From assembly GCA_028534125.1 (NCBI GenBank), contig CM052851.1, positions 6,510,001 through 6,574,000 on the forward strand: a stretch of 64,000 nucleotides of DNA. Direction: 5' to 3'. The DNA is from Lama glama. Taxonomy: Eukaryota. Below, one piece after another: positions 1 to 12,809 of the stretch. Position 1 is the first letter of the stretch. Each line of letters begins with the position of its first letter. The notes under the pieces are model-generated. The model had not been told where the DNA came from, did no database searches, and saw only the letters and a list, made by a program, of their open reading frames with translations. Made by a program: the position numbers and the translations under genes.

Positions 1-1553
1 TTCCAGGACCTCAGCGGATGCCCAGCCTGGGCTTCTCTGCCATCCAAAGTGGATGGTGGGACTGTGACATCACAAGGGAGGGCCAGCCAGGGACACTAGA
101 ACAAGAAAGGAGCCCACTGGTGACTGCTTTCTGTACGTGGTTTCAGTCATCGTGACAGCCCATTATGCAAACAAGGAAACTGAGGCTCAGAGAAACCAAG
201 GGCCCTGTCCAAGGTCGCATGGCTAGAATAGGCAGAGCAGGGATTTGAACTCAAGCCTGTCTGGTACTTGGACCACTTGGGAAAATCCTGGAGCTGTGGT
301 TACCAGTGCCATATCCCACCGAGCCCTGGGAGTCTCTCTGACTCTTCAACACTCAACCGTTTATTATTTACACTCCCTTCCCACTTCCAAAAGTTTGAGT
401 TAGCTTCCTGGAAAGATGTGTACGTTCCTAGGAATAGCAGTCAGAAGCACAAAGTTTTGGAGGCAGCAAGGGCCCAGCAGGACTGGAGGAGTGAGAATGT
501 GCGCCAGCTCTGACCGAGGACAGGGTAGTGATGGCATCACACAGCCCCGGTGAAGTCACCCAGTTCCTGGGAAGCCTAGCTATTTGCAGATTCCAGCTTT
601 AATGAGAGTTCACAAAGTCAAGATACTGTGCTGAAGTGAAAGTCAGTCTTTTCCTTCCTATGCCCTGGGGAGTCCCCAGGATGTCACCGCCCCAGTCCTC
701 GCCCAGCATACAGTTCATCTGGAGCCGTCCCCTTAGCAAGACTTTGCTTTCCTGCTTATGTGTCCCTGTGAAGCAATAAGAGAGGGTGCTGGGCTTGGTG
801 TCAGAGACATACGGGGCTTTGAGTCCATCCCACCTGGGGATGTGACCTGGCCCAGGGATGTACCGCTGAGTGTCAAATTCCTCATATCTGAATTTAAGCC
901 AAGGTGGTGGTGTCAGCCTACCATCCATTTCCCCTTCTCCTGCCAACAGCACCCCAATGCCCTCTGAAAGTTTCCCCTCCCTCAGTTCTAGTCCCTATGG
1001 GACCCCAGCCTTGCCTGTCTCATCCTCTCTCCTGGCCACTATACCTGATGTCAGGAATAGCCACATGACTCAAGCCAGACCAAGGAGAGCCAGGCCTGGG
1101 ACCTTTGTTGGAACTATTGGAAAAGTGACAGCAAGTGGAGGGATGCACCCTTCTCCTAGGGCAGCTACGCTGGTATTTCTGATGGCCATCTTACCACAAT
1201 GAGCAGGACCTGCCTGAGAATTAGCCAGCCCAGAGGAGAGCAGATGGGGTGAGACACTGACTCCTGATAACACTGTTTGGGCATCATGATCTAGCCATGC
1301 CTGAAGCTGTTATACTCTATATTTTTCAGTAACTTAAGCTTAGTTAGTTCATTTATAAAAGTAAGAATCCAAATAACCCTAATTGCTCATCTCTTATTGA
1401 GACTCCTTTGTAGGCATGAGAAACTTTGAGTCATTTTCATCAAATACTAAGTGCTGCTTCTTACATATGGACACAATCACGAACTCTCTCTTCATTAAAT
1501 ATATTTCATTAGAAAAAAAATCTCATTTCTGTTCTTGCACTCTGCCATTTTTT

Positions 1554-1575
1554 CATCATCATCATCATCATCATC
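1554..1575. repeat. (CAT)n microsatellite
   Basis: About 7 units. Confidence 0.85.
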
Positions 1576-3740
1576 TTAAAACACAATATAAGCCTGCTGT
1601 TATATGAACAAAAAATTCATCAGTTATTTATCAAATGCATTTGTTTAAAAGTTTAACAGATGTTTATGTGACTTTCTGTGTGCCGGGCACTATTCTAATC
1701 CCTTTACTATGTTACATCATTAAATACTTACGTTATCACCCCCATTTCACAGGGAGGCATAAAGAGGTTAGTTAAATGACTAGCTCAAGATCAAGTTCCA
1801 GGCCCTGGGATTGAGCCTCCCCATTCTTCAATGTCCTCCCCAAAGAGCTCCTTCTCTGGAAAGCCTTCTCTGATCTCCCTAACAGGAGATGCCCCCTGCC
1901 CACCACAGATGCCCTCACAGAAGCAGGCTGTCACCCTCCTCCCTTGCCCTGCCAGTCAATGCGTCCTACACACCATTAGGCTGTGAACCCTCCTAGCTGG
2001 GGCTTAGTTTCCAGAAGACCCATCCACAACTGCGAATGGGAAGTTGATAGCCAGCCTCAGCCCTACCAGCAGCCACCTGGCCTCTTTCTCTGCTACCCAT
2101 CGTCTGAAACTCCTTCGAGGTACCCTGTGGAGGCCAGGCCTCAAATGAGGGTTGCACATGGTGGGGGACCTAGAAAGAGGGCTTCTTATGCCTGGGTAGC
2201 TGGAGACTCCCGGCATCTCTTCAACCCCAGAAAGTGTGGGAAGAAATTGGGACAGGGTATCAATGCATCCTGGCTTCTCTCAAACCAGCTGTGTGACCAT
2301 CCCCTCCCGGTGCCTCAGTTTCCCCACTGGTAAAATGAGGAGGTTGGTTAGGGAGAGTCCCCCAGGAACCCAGAGAAGGTCCTGTGGGAAAGAGTAAAGC
2401 GGGGTTTTTTTTAAACTCATCCAGGAAGCTTTTGGGCTTCCCAGATGGCAAGCTGCCTGCTTGACTTTCACTCATGTATTTATTAATTGAGCACCTGTTA
2501 CAGGGAGACAGTGTTTGAGGCACTGGGGATGCTTCAGAGAGTGAGACAGGCAACGAGCCTGCAGCCCAGGAGCTCTCACTGTAGCTCGGGAGGCCTCCAA
2601 GCCTTCATGCACTGAGGCATGCCCCAGGCTTTTCCATGCTGGGTGTGGAGAAAGACTGAGGGCTGGAGGAGACAGGTGTGTCCTCCCTCCAGCTCCGCTC
2701 CCTTCCCCCAGGTGACCTTGCCTCTCTGGGCATTAGTTCCTCACATTCTAAGTGAAAAGTTGTACTGGATGGTCCTGAACCCTGTCCTGCCAGCCTTGCA
2801 CAGCCATTCATGGTTAAATATTACCCACTCTGTGTCCCTTCCTCCCTGCCACTCCTCAGGGAGATCAAGCCATAAATGCTGCCTTCTTTGATCTTCCTCA
2901 TGGGCTGTGGCCTTCTGAGAGGGGCAATAGGCACACTTGCTGACTGTCCTGCCTTCACAGGGTCTCTAGACCCTGATGCCAGAAGGGAAGACTGGAGTCA
3001 AGGTCTGGGGCTGGGGGCTGAGGTGGGGATACTTGGGCCCTAGACTTTCCTATCCAGATGTCTTTTCACAGTTACATCATGTGCGGTGACTCCCCCGGAT
3101 CCTTCCCTGAGGAGCTCTTGGTTTAATGAGCCCCTCAGGTGCCTGCCTCAGGCAAGAAGTCCCAGCCCTCCTGGTTTCTGGGAAACAAAAATATTTCAGA
3201 GAAATCAGGACAGCCTCACTGCATGGGATGCCTTGCTTCAGCCTCTGCTCCCAGGCACCTCACAAGCAAAGAGAGCCAGGCCCAGCTGTCATACCCAATC
3301 CCACCCACCCAGACTTAAATTATGAGGCTGCATCAATCCTGTGTACCCACAAATCTCAGGGATGGGAATGGATTCTAGCCAGATAGTACTTCACAATATG
3401 CAAAGAGCTCTCTTCACATCGCATTCTTTTCCATCTTCAAAACAACTCTGTAAATAGGTATGATTTCTTTGTCATCCACAGTGCACAGTGTCCTGTGTGA
3501 ACCACAGGACACTGAGGTTCCAGGTGACAGACCTGATGAGTGGAGTGCCAGATGTCAGAGTCAAGTCTGACTCTAAAGTCCAGACTGTTTTCGTGCCCAT
3601 TTCTGGGCATAGCAGGAGAGTATTACTCTCAATACCCTGCTCATGACAGACAGCATTAATCAATCACAGCACAGCAGACATTGCTAATCAATTTCAGTGT
3701 TCTTTTCTAATAAGCTCTGAGGCAGCTGTGTTGGGTGTTG

Positions 3741-3838
3741 TTTTTTTTTCCCCGTCCCCCTTAACAGAGGCACTGGGGATTGAACCCAGGACCTTGTACA
3801 TGCCAAGCATATGCTCTACTATTGAGATTTACCCTCCC
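3741..3838 (-). mobile_element. tRNA-derived SINE (Vic-1-like), diverged
   Basis: Reverse complement of the GGGAGGGT...GTCCTGGGTTCAATCCCCAG head shared with the other copies. Confidence 0.7.
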
Positions 3839-5169
3839 ACTCCTACTCCCCACAGAGGCAACTGTGAATTCATCTACACAGTACTTCAGGACATTATTAC
3901 CTATCAGAAGATCAAATCCACACTATTTGCTATTCCTGTGATCCCACACCATCCGCCCTGAGCCCTCAGGACTCAATGCCCTAGTCATCCAGTCACAGGA
4001 CTCTCCACTGCTCATCAGTTGCTACGTTGTTCTCGGACTGGAATTAATGGCTCTGCCATCCCCCGAACTCTTGTCCCTTCCAAGCATGGTCTCGCTTAGA
4101 GATACACTAGCCATGCAGGTTGGCCTGGGGCTTCAGGGTTTGACAAGTCCTTAACAGAACTTTTTGTAGTGAAACATATCAGGTATACTCCTAAGTGTAG
4201 ATAATCATATTATCACAGACAACTGTATTCCCACAGTTGAAGCAACAAAACACCACAGACACAACTGAAGTCCCTGTGTATTCCCTCAGTCCATCTCCAC
4301 CCCCACCCCCGCCAGGCCATCACTCTCGGAATTTTGTGTTTCTCATTCTCATGCCTATTTTCATACTTTTAGCATGTAATTACATACCCATATTATTCAA
4401 CCTTAGAGAAATTATGTTGCCCAGATCTTGTTGCAGCTTGTTATTTTCATGCAATTGGATGTTTTGAACTTTTAGGCATGATGATAAGTGCAGCTTTGAA
4501 TCTTCCATCATATTATAGTTGTGAATATTTGTTGAGCCCTCATTCTGCACCAGGCATGGTTTCAACTGCCTTAATGTGCCTTAACTCATTTAAATTTGAC
4601 AATAAATGATTTTTATTCCCACTTCATGGATTTGGAAACAGAGGCACAGAAAGATGAAATTGTGTACCCAAGTCACATAGCTTGGAAGCTGTGCTCTTAA
4701 CTGCTAAACATCCCTGTCTTTACTGCTGCGTGGTCTGTTGTATGAAAACACAGTAACTTATCCATCTGTTCTCCTACTTAAGGGCCATTGCTTTTTTTGC
4801 AGACATGCCTCAACATTGGTCTCACAGGGTTTGGGGGTGGTTGTATTAGCTCGCTTAGTTACTACATCAAGCCTGTGAGTGGGCATTTGTATCATCCCCC
4901 TACTCCCTTTACAGATGAGGAAACTCAGGCTCAGAGAGGGTAAATTACCTTCTCAAAGCTTCACAGCTCCAATGTGCCAGAGGTGGGCTATGAACCTGGG
5001 CTCCTTCAATTGTAGAGCCCAGAGTTTCTCCCATAACCCATGTGAGCCCTTGGTCCCCCACTGCCTTCTCCTCTTGGCTCAGTCTCTGGCAGCCTGCCTC
5101 CCTCTCCCAAACACCCTCCCTACACCTGGTCTTCAGCCTCCCTCCTCTGGCAACTCTCCACCGTCCTCC

Positions 5170-5325
5170 TTCCAGAGAAGGGGCCCAACCGGAAGGCCAG
5201 TTCATGTTAGGAAATTCCAGCCACGTGAGCCAACCCAAGCCCAGGATTCTGAGCAGCCGGTGGCTTTAGGAGAAACTGAAACTTGGCTTGCTGGGGGCGG
5301 AGTGGTCACTGGAGATTTAAAGAGC
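5170..5325 (+). promoter_or_regulatory. BATF2: BATF2 proximal promoter with ISRE, NF-kB-like, STAT-like and E-box motifs
   Basis: ISRE GAAACTGAAACT 5272-5283; GGAAATTCC 5210-5218; TTCCAGAGAA 5170-5179; CACGTG 5222-5227. All lie 140-250 bp upstream of the ATG of a known interferon-inducible gene. Confidence 0.7.
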
Positions 5326-5419
5326 TGCCACTTCCTTGGGCCCCTAGAGGGCCTTGGGAGGTCACAGCAGCTGAGGGACACCCTGAACTGAGTGCCAGCC
5401 TCTGTTCTCCTGCCCAACC

Positions 5420-5458
5420 ATGCAGCTCTGCGGGGGCAATGGGCTGCTGAGCGGGACG
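5420..5458 (+). CDS. BATF2: BATF2 coding exon 1
   Basis: ATG in accATGc context; MQLCGGNGLLSGT; donor ACG|gtgagt. Confidence 0.93.
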
Positions 5459-8400
5459 GTGAGTATAGGGGACCAGGGTCAGGGGATAAGAAGAGGAATA
5501 TGCCCCAGCGTCCCCGGTGCCAGCTCTGTTCACATGAGCTGTGTTAGCCAAGAGCTCACACACCCCTTCTGGGCCTCGGTTTCCTTAGAGAATTGGAATA
5601 AGGGATTTCCTGGTCTCGTATTGCAGATCCAGGCTCCAGTTTAGAACTTGGCCTCTGAATACCTCTCTCTCCTAACCCACCTGTTCTCCTCTCACTGTCC
5701 TTATGAGAGCCTTCTCTCCCCTCTCCAAATTCTCTGGCTATGGTTCCCTTGGAGGCCTTGCCCCTCTCCCAGGACCCAGGTACCAGAGGCCCGCCCTGTT
5801 CTCTGGATGCAGGTCTTTCCCCCAGGCTCCTGCCTCTCCAGCACCTGGAGTGGGCCTGCTGTGGCCGAGAACCTAGGAGTACAGAGTCCTCAGCTGGGGA
5901 GGCCAGGGTCTTGCCTGCGGTCCCTACCCTCAGAACACACCTCCCAGAGTGGACTGTGGGGTCTCCAATGTTCCCTCTTCCTGGACTTCCAGAACTCTGA
6001 GCATCTGGGTTAAGTATTTCATCTAAGTTTTACGAACCCCAGTCACAGCTATCGACCTCTGAGTCCACTCTTCTGTCAGAAGGGACCCAATTCATTCATT
6101 CTGGGCCGCTGTCCCAGTGGAATGGGAGAACTGGAGGGCCGGTACTTTTGCTTGCTGCTGTGTCCCCAGAGCTGAGTGCATGGCACATAGTAGGTGCTCA
6201 ACAGATATTTGTTGCGTAAGTGAGCATCAGCTTTGCCCTGAGCTGGGCATGGGTATGTGGGGCTGAATGAGAACCCTGCCCCACCTTCATAGACAGAGCT
6301 CACAGCTAGGGAAATCAACACCTGGACCGTAGAAAGGATGGCGATCAAACAACAGCAGCCGACTTTTATTAATTCCTCTGGGCTGGCCTGGGGCTGCCTA
6401 CTTTCTGGCCTGTGAGGAAGACACTGGTGCCTCCACTGCACAGATGAGGCGACTGGTCCCAGGGAGTGAGTGACTTGCCCAGAGCAACACGGCTGATAAG
6501 GAGAGTGTGGATGTGAAGTCAGTTCCATCTGGGTTTGAATCTCAGGCTCTCAGCTTCCCCGCCTGTGCAGCCTCAATGTGAGACGTAAGCAGGGCATGTG
6601 GGTGAGGCTGGCATTCCAACCATGTGTGCCATGTCTGTGATGGAGGTGTGGATGCCAAAGGAGACAGAGAGGGCTTCTGAGATAAAGGGGGCCCTCGGGG
6701 TCTTGACTCAAGAAGGGTATCGTTGGGTAGCTAGCCAGCCCTGCTGGGACCCCTGAGCCCTCTGCCTCTCGCCCCCATAGGACCCTGAGGAGCTTCAGAG
6801 GCAGCTGAAGAAGAAACAGAAGAACCGGGCGGCTGCGCAGAGAAGCCGGCAGAAGCACACGAACAAGGCGGACGCCCTGCACCAGGTGGGAGATGCCTCC
6901 CTTCCCATCCCTGACGCCACTTACCTGGCCTCACCACCTCTTCTCCATCCCACCTATGAGCAGTTCCCCCTACGCTGCTGTATGTTCCAGGTGGCCTGAA
7001 TCTGGGAGGAGGGAAGGGCTCTGCAGCTGAGATTTGGAAATTCCTGAGTGTTGAGTGGAAACCATGTGCCATATACATGCTGGGCTCCAGGGACATAACA
7101 GAGTATCCTCAGTCCAGGCCTGCCCTCAAGGCATCCCCAGTCTAGGGCGAGGAAACAAGAAATGGAGGCAAACAGGGAGAACCTGGCCCAGTGACCAGGT
7201 GACGCACTCATTAAACACAGATCCCCAACCCCTTCCCACCCGGGACCCACCTCAGGAGGCTGGAATGGGGCCCGGGGAGCTGCCTGTTAGGGTTCTGATG
7301 TGGGTGGCCAAGATCACACTGTGGGAAACTGGCTCAGAGTTGAGATGGGCTGGATTTAGGGTCCCAGTTGCGGCACTCACTAACCACAAGGCACTTTCTT
7401 TGCTGAGCATCACTGTCCTTATCTGAAAATGGGGACAATAATCCCCACCCACTGGCAGGACACCGCCCACTGGCAGGACTAAGGAGGCAAAGAAGCCTGG
7501 TGGAATGGCACCTGCACTTGCCTCTTGGATGGTAATCTGACTTTGGATGGTAGTCTGACCTTGGATGGTAATCTGACTTTGGATGGTAGTCTGACCTTGG
7601 ATGGTAATCTGACTTTGAGCTTCCCTTCTTTCTCTGTGCAGAGAGAAAGGACACCACCAGTTCCATCCCAGAAGGACAATTAAGACCTGGGTTCAGGACT
7701 TAGCCTTTGGGAGGGCTGCATACACATACATGTTAGTCCTCATAGTGATGAATAAAATTCAGAGCCCTCCACACCCAAAGGCCCTACACTATCTGCGGCC
7801 CCATCAACACTGGTCCCTCTCCTCTCCTAACATCCTGCACTCTGTTCTCCCTGTTCCTTCACTGGCCAAGCAGATCCAGCCTCAGGGACTCCGCCTGGCT
7901 CTTGCCTCTACTTTCAGACAGCAGTCTAGCTAGATCCTCACTTCTTTTTGGTTGTTTGGTTCAAATGTCACTTCCTCTGTAGGACCTTTCTAAACCATAA
8001 GATCCTTGTTCCTCTGCTTTATTTTTCTGGTTAGCACTGAACTTCTATCACATATTTAGATGTTCATAATTGCTTGTCTCCCTCGCCAGACTGTAAGCAC
8101 CATGAGGGCTGAGAACTATTCTGTCCCCTGCTGTTTCCCCATAACCTGGAACAGTGCCTGGCAAATAGAAGGGACTCAATAATTCCCTGTGGAGCGAAAG
8201 ATGGAGTCAGAATAAAGTGCTCTGGGAGCACAGAGGTGGGGCCAACACGCAAGTAGTAGTGTCGAGGTGATATAGAGATGAAGTCTGAGCTGGTTTTGAA
8301 GGATGAATAGGAGTTTTCCAAATGAATGAAGGTTTAGAAAAGGCATTGCAGGCAAATGGAATAGTGCTGGCATAAGCGTGAGAGAGCAGCACCCTGCGGA

Positions 8401-10707
8401 ATGCACAAGAGTAAGGACTGATGCCCAGGATGACACTTGCCTGGCAAGGATAGAGATCATGCATTTGTTTATTCATTTCTTCCAGAAATGCCTATTGAGT
8501 ATGTCCTGTGTGGCAAGCACAGTTCTAAGCACTGGAGATACAGCTGTATGAACACAACAGATAAAAGTGTGGCTCACCCACCCCAGGGCTTATAGTTTCA
8601 TGGGGGAGCCAGACAGACAAATAAATGATCCATGAGGTATTTAGGATATCAGATGGGAAGAATTAAAGCAGTGAAGAGGAAAGGGAGTGGGGCACGTGAG
8701 ATGATGGAAAACTAAGGAAGCCTTCCTGGAGGAGGTGATATTTGAGCAGCCAGAAGGTGGCGAATAAATGAGTGAGTGACTCAATTTCTGGAGGTGAATT
8801 GAAGTCTTTAGAGAACTCAGGTGTAGGGTGACCTAATGACATGTTTAAAAAATGTCATTCCACATTCCACACCAGAAATCAGCTTGGGAAAGGGGCTGCT
8901 GGTGGCTTTGAGGCCTGTTAGAACTTTGAGTCCATGGCCTAAGCAATATTTTTATGTAAAGCATCCTTGCAGCTTCTTCTTTTAAAAAGTGTCCATAAAA
9001 GGGGGTGGGGAGGAGGGAACCAAAACAAGTCACTCAGCCTAGTGAGCTGTGGAAATAAAGTTCTTTTTGCGTTTTCCACCATTGTTGTCATAAATGGTTG
9101 TTTAGAACTGCACATTGATTATTGATTGTCCCAGTGGATTGTCAGAACCCAGCGTTCAGCAGTGCAGAACCCAAATGCTGGCTCAGGGATGCTGAAGAGA
9201 TTGCACTTGTGGTGATGCCCTGTAAAACATTACCCTGGACCCCGCCCCTGGTGCCTCAGTGAGCGAGTTCTGGGCTCTGGGGAGGTCTGGTAGTGGCACT
9301 AAGCAGACAGAAGGACATCTAAGTTGTCACAAGAAGACCATGTCAGGATTAGCCCAGGGATGGGGGTGCTGGAAGTGTCTAAGTGGAGGAGACCTGAAAT
9401 GTGGGGAGGAAGCAGAGTCCATTTGAGGAACAGGAAATGGGAAGAGCAGGAGAAATTGGAGAGATAAAACTGGAGATGTGAGCTGGGGCCACTAAGCACA
9501 GGGAGCCTTTAAAGGGCTTTTTTTTTTAGAGGTGGGTAGGTAATTGGGATTGTTCATGTATTTATTTTAATAGAGGTACTGGAGATTGAACCTAGGACCT
9601 TGTGCATGCTAAGCACGCACTCTACCACTTAGCTATACCCTCCCTGCTAAAGGGCTTTGATGTTCCATTAATGATGCAGTCACTGAATGTCTCCTCTGGG
9701 CCAAGAGAACAGGGTGGTTTGTAGGGAGCACCAGTTAGGAAGCTGGTGGGGCTCCCAGGTGAGTGGAGATCCCAGGCTGGCCGGCTGAGGGAACTCGCAG
9801 TGGGGTTGGAGAGCAGGCAGATCTGAACCCTAGTAAGAGGCAGAGTTGGAGAGACTTGCTGGTGGTTATGGAGGGCTGGCCAGAGAGTAGCCAAAGGGCA
9901 ATCAGGTGGCAGTGATGTCTTTCCTCCTAAACTGAGGACCCTGGGGGTTTGGGAAATAGGGCTCATGCTGGGCCCCTGATTCTGGCTAACATAACCCTCC
10001 CCCCCATCTGCTTCTCCCCCCAGCAGCATGAGTCACTGGAGAAACACAACCACGCCCTGCGGAAGGAGATCCAGGCCCTTCAGGCAGAGCTGGCGTGGTG
10101 GAGTCAGACCTTGCACATGCATGAGCGCCTATGCCCAATGGACTGTGCCACCTGCTTGGTTCCAGTGTCCCCTGGCTGCTGGGGCCCGGCTGAGCGGCCC
10201 CCAAGCCCTGTGCCCCATGAACAACATGGCTGCCAGGAACAGCCAGGCCTGTTCCAGACCCTCGTCTCCTCTCCCTCGGCTCAGCAACTCTCTCCAGATC
10301 CACAGCCTCATGGTTCCCTTGGCCTCCTCCTATCCCCTCTGCCCTCGCTGTCCCTTGGTCCCACTGCGGTCACTGCATCTTCGGCCCACCTGTCCACTAG
10401 TCCTATCCAATCTGCCTTGCCCACTGACTCTGGCCTAATGAGGCCTTCCTCGAAGCTCAACACCCTCATGCCCAGCCCCCCAGCCCAGCCTACCCCTCTA
10501 CAGTCCCTCAGGCTGGAGCACGCCACCAGGGGGAAGCCGGAGTTCTCACCCCACAGCCCCGCAGCTGCTCTGGGACTGGGCCATCTGCAGGGCAGGGAAC
10601 ATAAGGCTGCTTCCTCAGCAGCAGATGGGCAAGGACTGGGTGTGAATCCCAGCCCCCACCCTCTCCTGGCCTTCCCCTTGCTCTCCTCTGCTCAAGTCCA
10701 CTTCTAA
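5420..10707 (+). CDS. BATF2: Basic leucine zipper ATF-like transcription factor 2 (SARI); join(5420..5458,6781..6885,10024..10707), 275 aa
   Basis: Spliced translation MQLCGGNGLLSGT/DPEELQRQLKKKQKNRAAAQRSRQKHTNKADALHQ/QHESLEKHNHALRKEIQALQAELAWW...HPLLAFPLLSSAQVHF* has a bZIP basic region and zipper. It closely matches human BATF2 as recalled. Both introns are GT-AG, phase 0. Confidence 0.96.
6781..6885 (+). CDS. BATF2: BATF2 coding exon 2 (bZIP basic region)
   Basis: Acceptor ctctcgcccccatag|; KNRAAAQRSRQKH motif; donor CAG|gtggga. Confidence 0.95.
7525..7617. repeat. 18-bp minisatellite, 5 copies in ABABA order, in BATF2 intron 2
   Basis: A = TTGGATGGTAATCTGACT, B = TTGGATGGTAGTCTGACC. Confidence 0.95.
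9518..9645 (-). mobile_element. tRNA-derived SINE (Vic-1-like) with TSD
   Basis: Head with A and B boxes; TSD TAAAGGGCTTT at 9510-9520 and 9649-9659. Confidence 0.85.
10024..10707 (+). CDS. BATF2: BATF2 coding exon 3 (zipper and C-terminal region)
   Basis: Acceptor cttctccccccag|CAG; lies within ORF 9949..10707; ends SAQVHF-TAA. Confidence 0.95.
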   Translation, partial: QHESLEKHNHALRKEIQALQAELAWWSQTLHMHERLCPMDCATCLVPVSPGCWGPAERPPSPVPHEQHGCQEQPGLFQTLVSSPSAQQLSPDPQPHGSLGLLLSPLPSLSLGPTAVTASSAHLSTSPIQSALPTDSGLMRPSSKLNTLMPSPPAQPTPLQSLRLEHATRGKPEFSPHSPAAALGLGHLQGREHKAASSAADGQGLGVNPSPHPLLAFPLLSSAQVHF

Positions 10708-11917
10708 CTGGCCCCCAGAGCTAGGCTGGCCCCTTCCTTGGACTCAGAAACAGCCTTGGCACATGGGCATCTCCTCCATTGCACTGGAGTCCGCCTTTCT
10801 TGGCTGACCAGCTGAACCAGGATTTCACCAGGGAAAGGAAGCCATCACTGCATGCCCACCACTTTGCCAGGTCCTGTCACCACTACTATCTTATTTCAAC
10901 CTTGTGATTGTCCTGCAAAATCCAGATTGTCAGTCTACTTTTTAAGGGGTGGCTCAGAGAAGTTGGGTGACTGTCCAAGGTCACACAGCTTTTCTTGGGA
11001 ACTGAAACACCACCAACTGCTCCTCCTTCCCCTGGTGGGATCCTGGCCCAGGCACTCTAGGAGCTGAAGTCCTAGAAACTGAGGACTGGTGTGAGGAGGT
11101 TTGAGTGCTAGGAGTGGGGAGGGCCTCTCCCCTCTGCTTTGTGATTTCCAGGGCCACAGAGCCCTGCAGTCTCTGAAACCTTGTCCTCACTGGGGCTGGT
11201 CCAGAGTCCAAACCTGGATGGGGAGAGGCTAAGCAGGAGCCCAGAAGTGAATTCTTTCTACCTCTAGCAGTGTTCTTGGTGCCAAAGCACTGAACCTGTG
11301 GGTTGGAGTTGGGGACAAGCCTGGAACAGTTCCCTTGAGATTTCCACTGAAATCCTATAACCATACCCTGACTTTGGGGAGATTCTGCAGGGTCAGCTCT
11401 CCAGGCTATTCCCAAATAGCTCCCTGCCTCCTCCCTCCCCCTAGGACCATGGCAGGTGGATCTCTGAGAGCATTCATGTCATGCACAAAAGGCAGGTGGA
11501 AAGAATGAGGAAGGACCAGATGTAAAGTTATAAACTTTGCAAGTGCTGAACTGGCACCTGGCAGCAGTGAGAACTGTGTCTTCTCCAGTACCACTCCCAT
11601 CCCTGTGCAGCCCCCAGACCCCCATTACCCTCGGGTCCCTCTGAGCAGTGTCCTTGTGCTCTTTGGCCTGATAGCAGCTAGAAGGCCAGGGGCTTGGGAC
11701 CAGGTAGGAGCTGAGCTGCAGCATCTGCTCGGGGGTGGGGGTGGGGTGGGGGGACGGTGGCAGGTTTTCATTCAGACTCAGGACAAAGACTGTAAAGTGC
11801 CTGAGATGAGAAGCTCCAGCTCTTTGCCCAGATTACACACATGTAAGCAGACACTATGCTGAGTATTTGACACACTCCAGGATGCTGAGCACAAGTCCTG
11901 GCACCTATGTTATGGTA

Positions 11918-11923
11918 AATAAA
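11918..11923 (+). terminator. BATF2: Probable BATF2 polyadenylation signal
   Basis: AATAAA overlapping ATTAAA and followed by T/GT-rich sequence; implies a 3'UTR of about 1.2 kb. Confidence 0.6.
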
Positions 11924-12809
11924 TTAAAGGGTTTTCCAATTCTTTTTGCTTTGGCTAGTTGTTTAAAGCTCAGATGTACGTTGTACTGTTGAAACCAAAG
12001 GGCTTTTAAAAAAGAGGGAACAGTCTAGAATCTTTTAGAGGTTGGCAACCCCTCGTGGACCTCCCATTCCAACCCCATCCTGGAGGTCAGCTGGAATGTA
12101 GGACAAGTCAATATGATGTGTGATGCACCAGGACTTGCCAGGGAGATGAAGTACTATGGTCTGGCCTGTGTCTATATGCCCTAAAATTTGTCAGGCACTC
12201 TGTTGTGTTTAACTTAGGTTAACTCAATGATGCTTCCAGTAACTCTGCGAAGTAGGCTTAGTTATTACTCCACTGTTTAGAAGGGGAAACTGAGGCCCAG
12301 GGAAGTTAAGGTTATATAGCCAGGAAATGGTATAGGCTTGATGCAACTTCAGGAACACTTAACCACAGGCAATCCTACCTTCCACCTTCCACAAACTCTC
12401 CCTGTAGGCCCTGAATGGAGGGGCTGAAACATACTGATAGATGGGACCCCAAAAGGTAAAACCCTACTTTAAACTCAAAACAAATAAGAGAGGGGAATGA
12501 CTTAATTAATGTTGGTGTACTCATATGATGGACTACTGAAGAGATGCTGAGAACAAAGAATGCTTTGAAGAATATTTAATGAGGTGAGAAAATGCTTACA
12601 ACCTATCAAGCAGAAAAAATAGAATGTGCAACTGTCACTATAGTTTGATGTTATATTTGTTTTAAAATATAAACAGAATCAAAGGAGTGGGAGATGTTGT
12701 AGATTCTTGAGGGATATGAGCTAATATCTGTGAATCCCCAATTGTTATAAACAGAGCTATCATTGTAGCTTAAGCCTTCCACATGGTTGAATATATCTTA
12801 AAAATCTGT

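Noticed and set aside
7525-7617. Repeat array as a CRISPR array or a coding repeat (ORFs SDYHPR/KVRLPS)
   Set aside because: Units are directly tandem with no spacers, the context is a mammalian intron, and the peptides are a by-product of the 18-bp period.
9949-10023. ORF-track N-terminus MGNRAHAG... as the BATF2 start
   Set aside because: It begins at TTG inside the intron and includes the polypyrimidine tract. The real N-terminus comes from exons 1 and 2.
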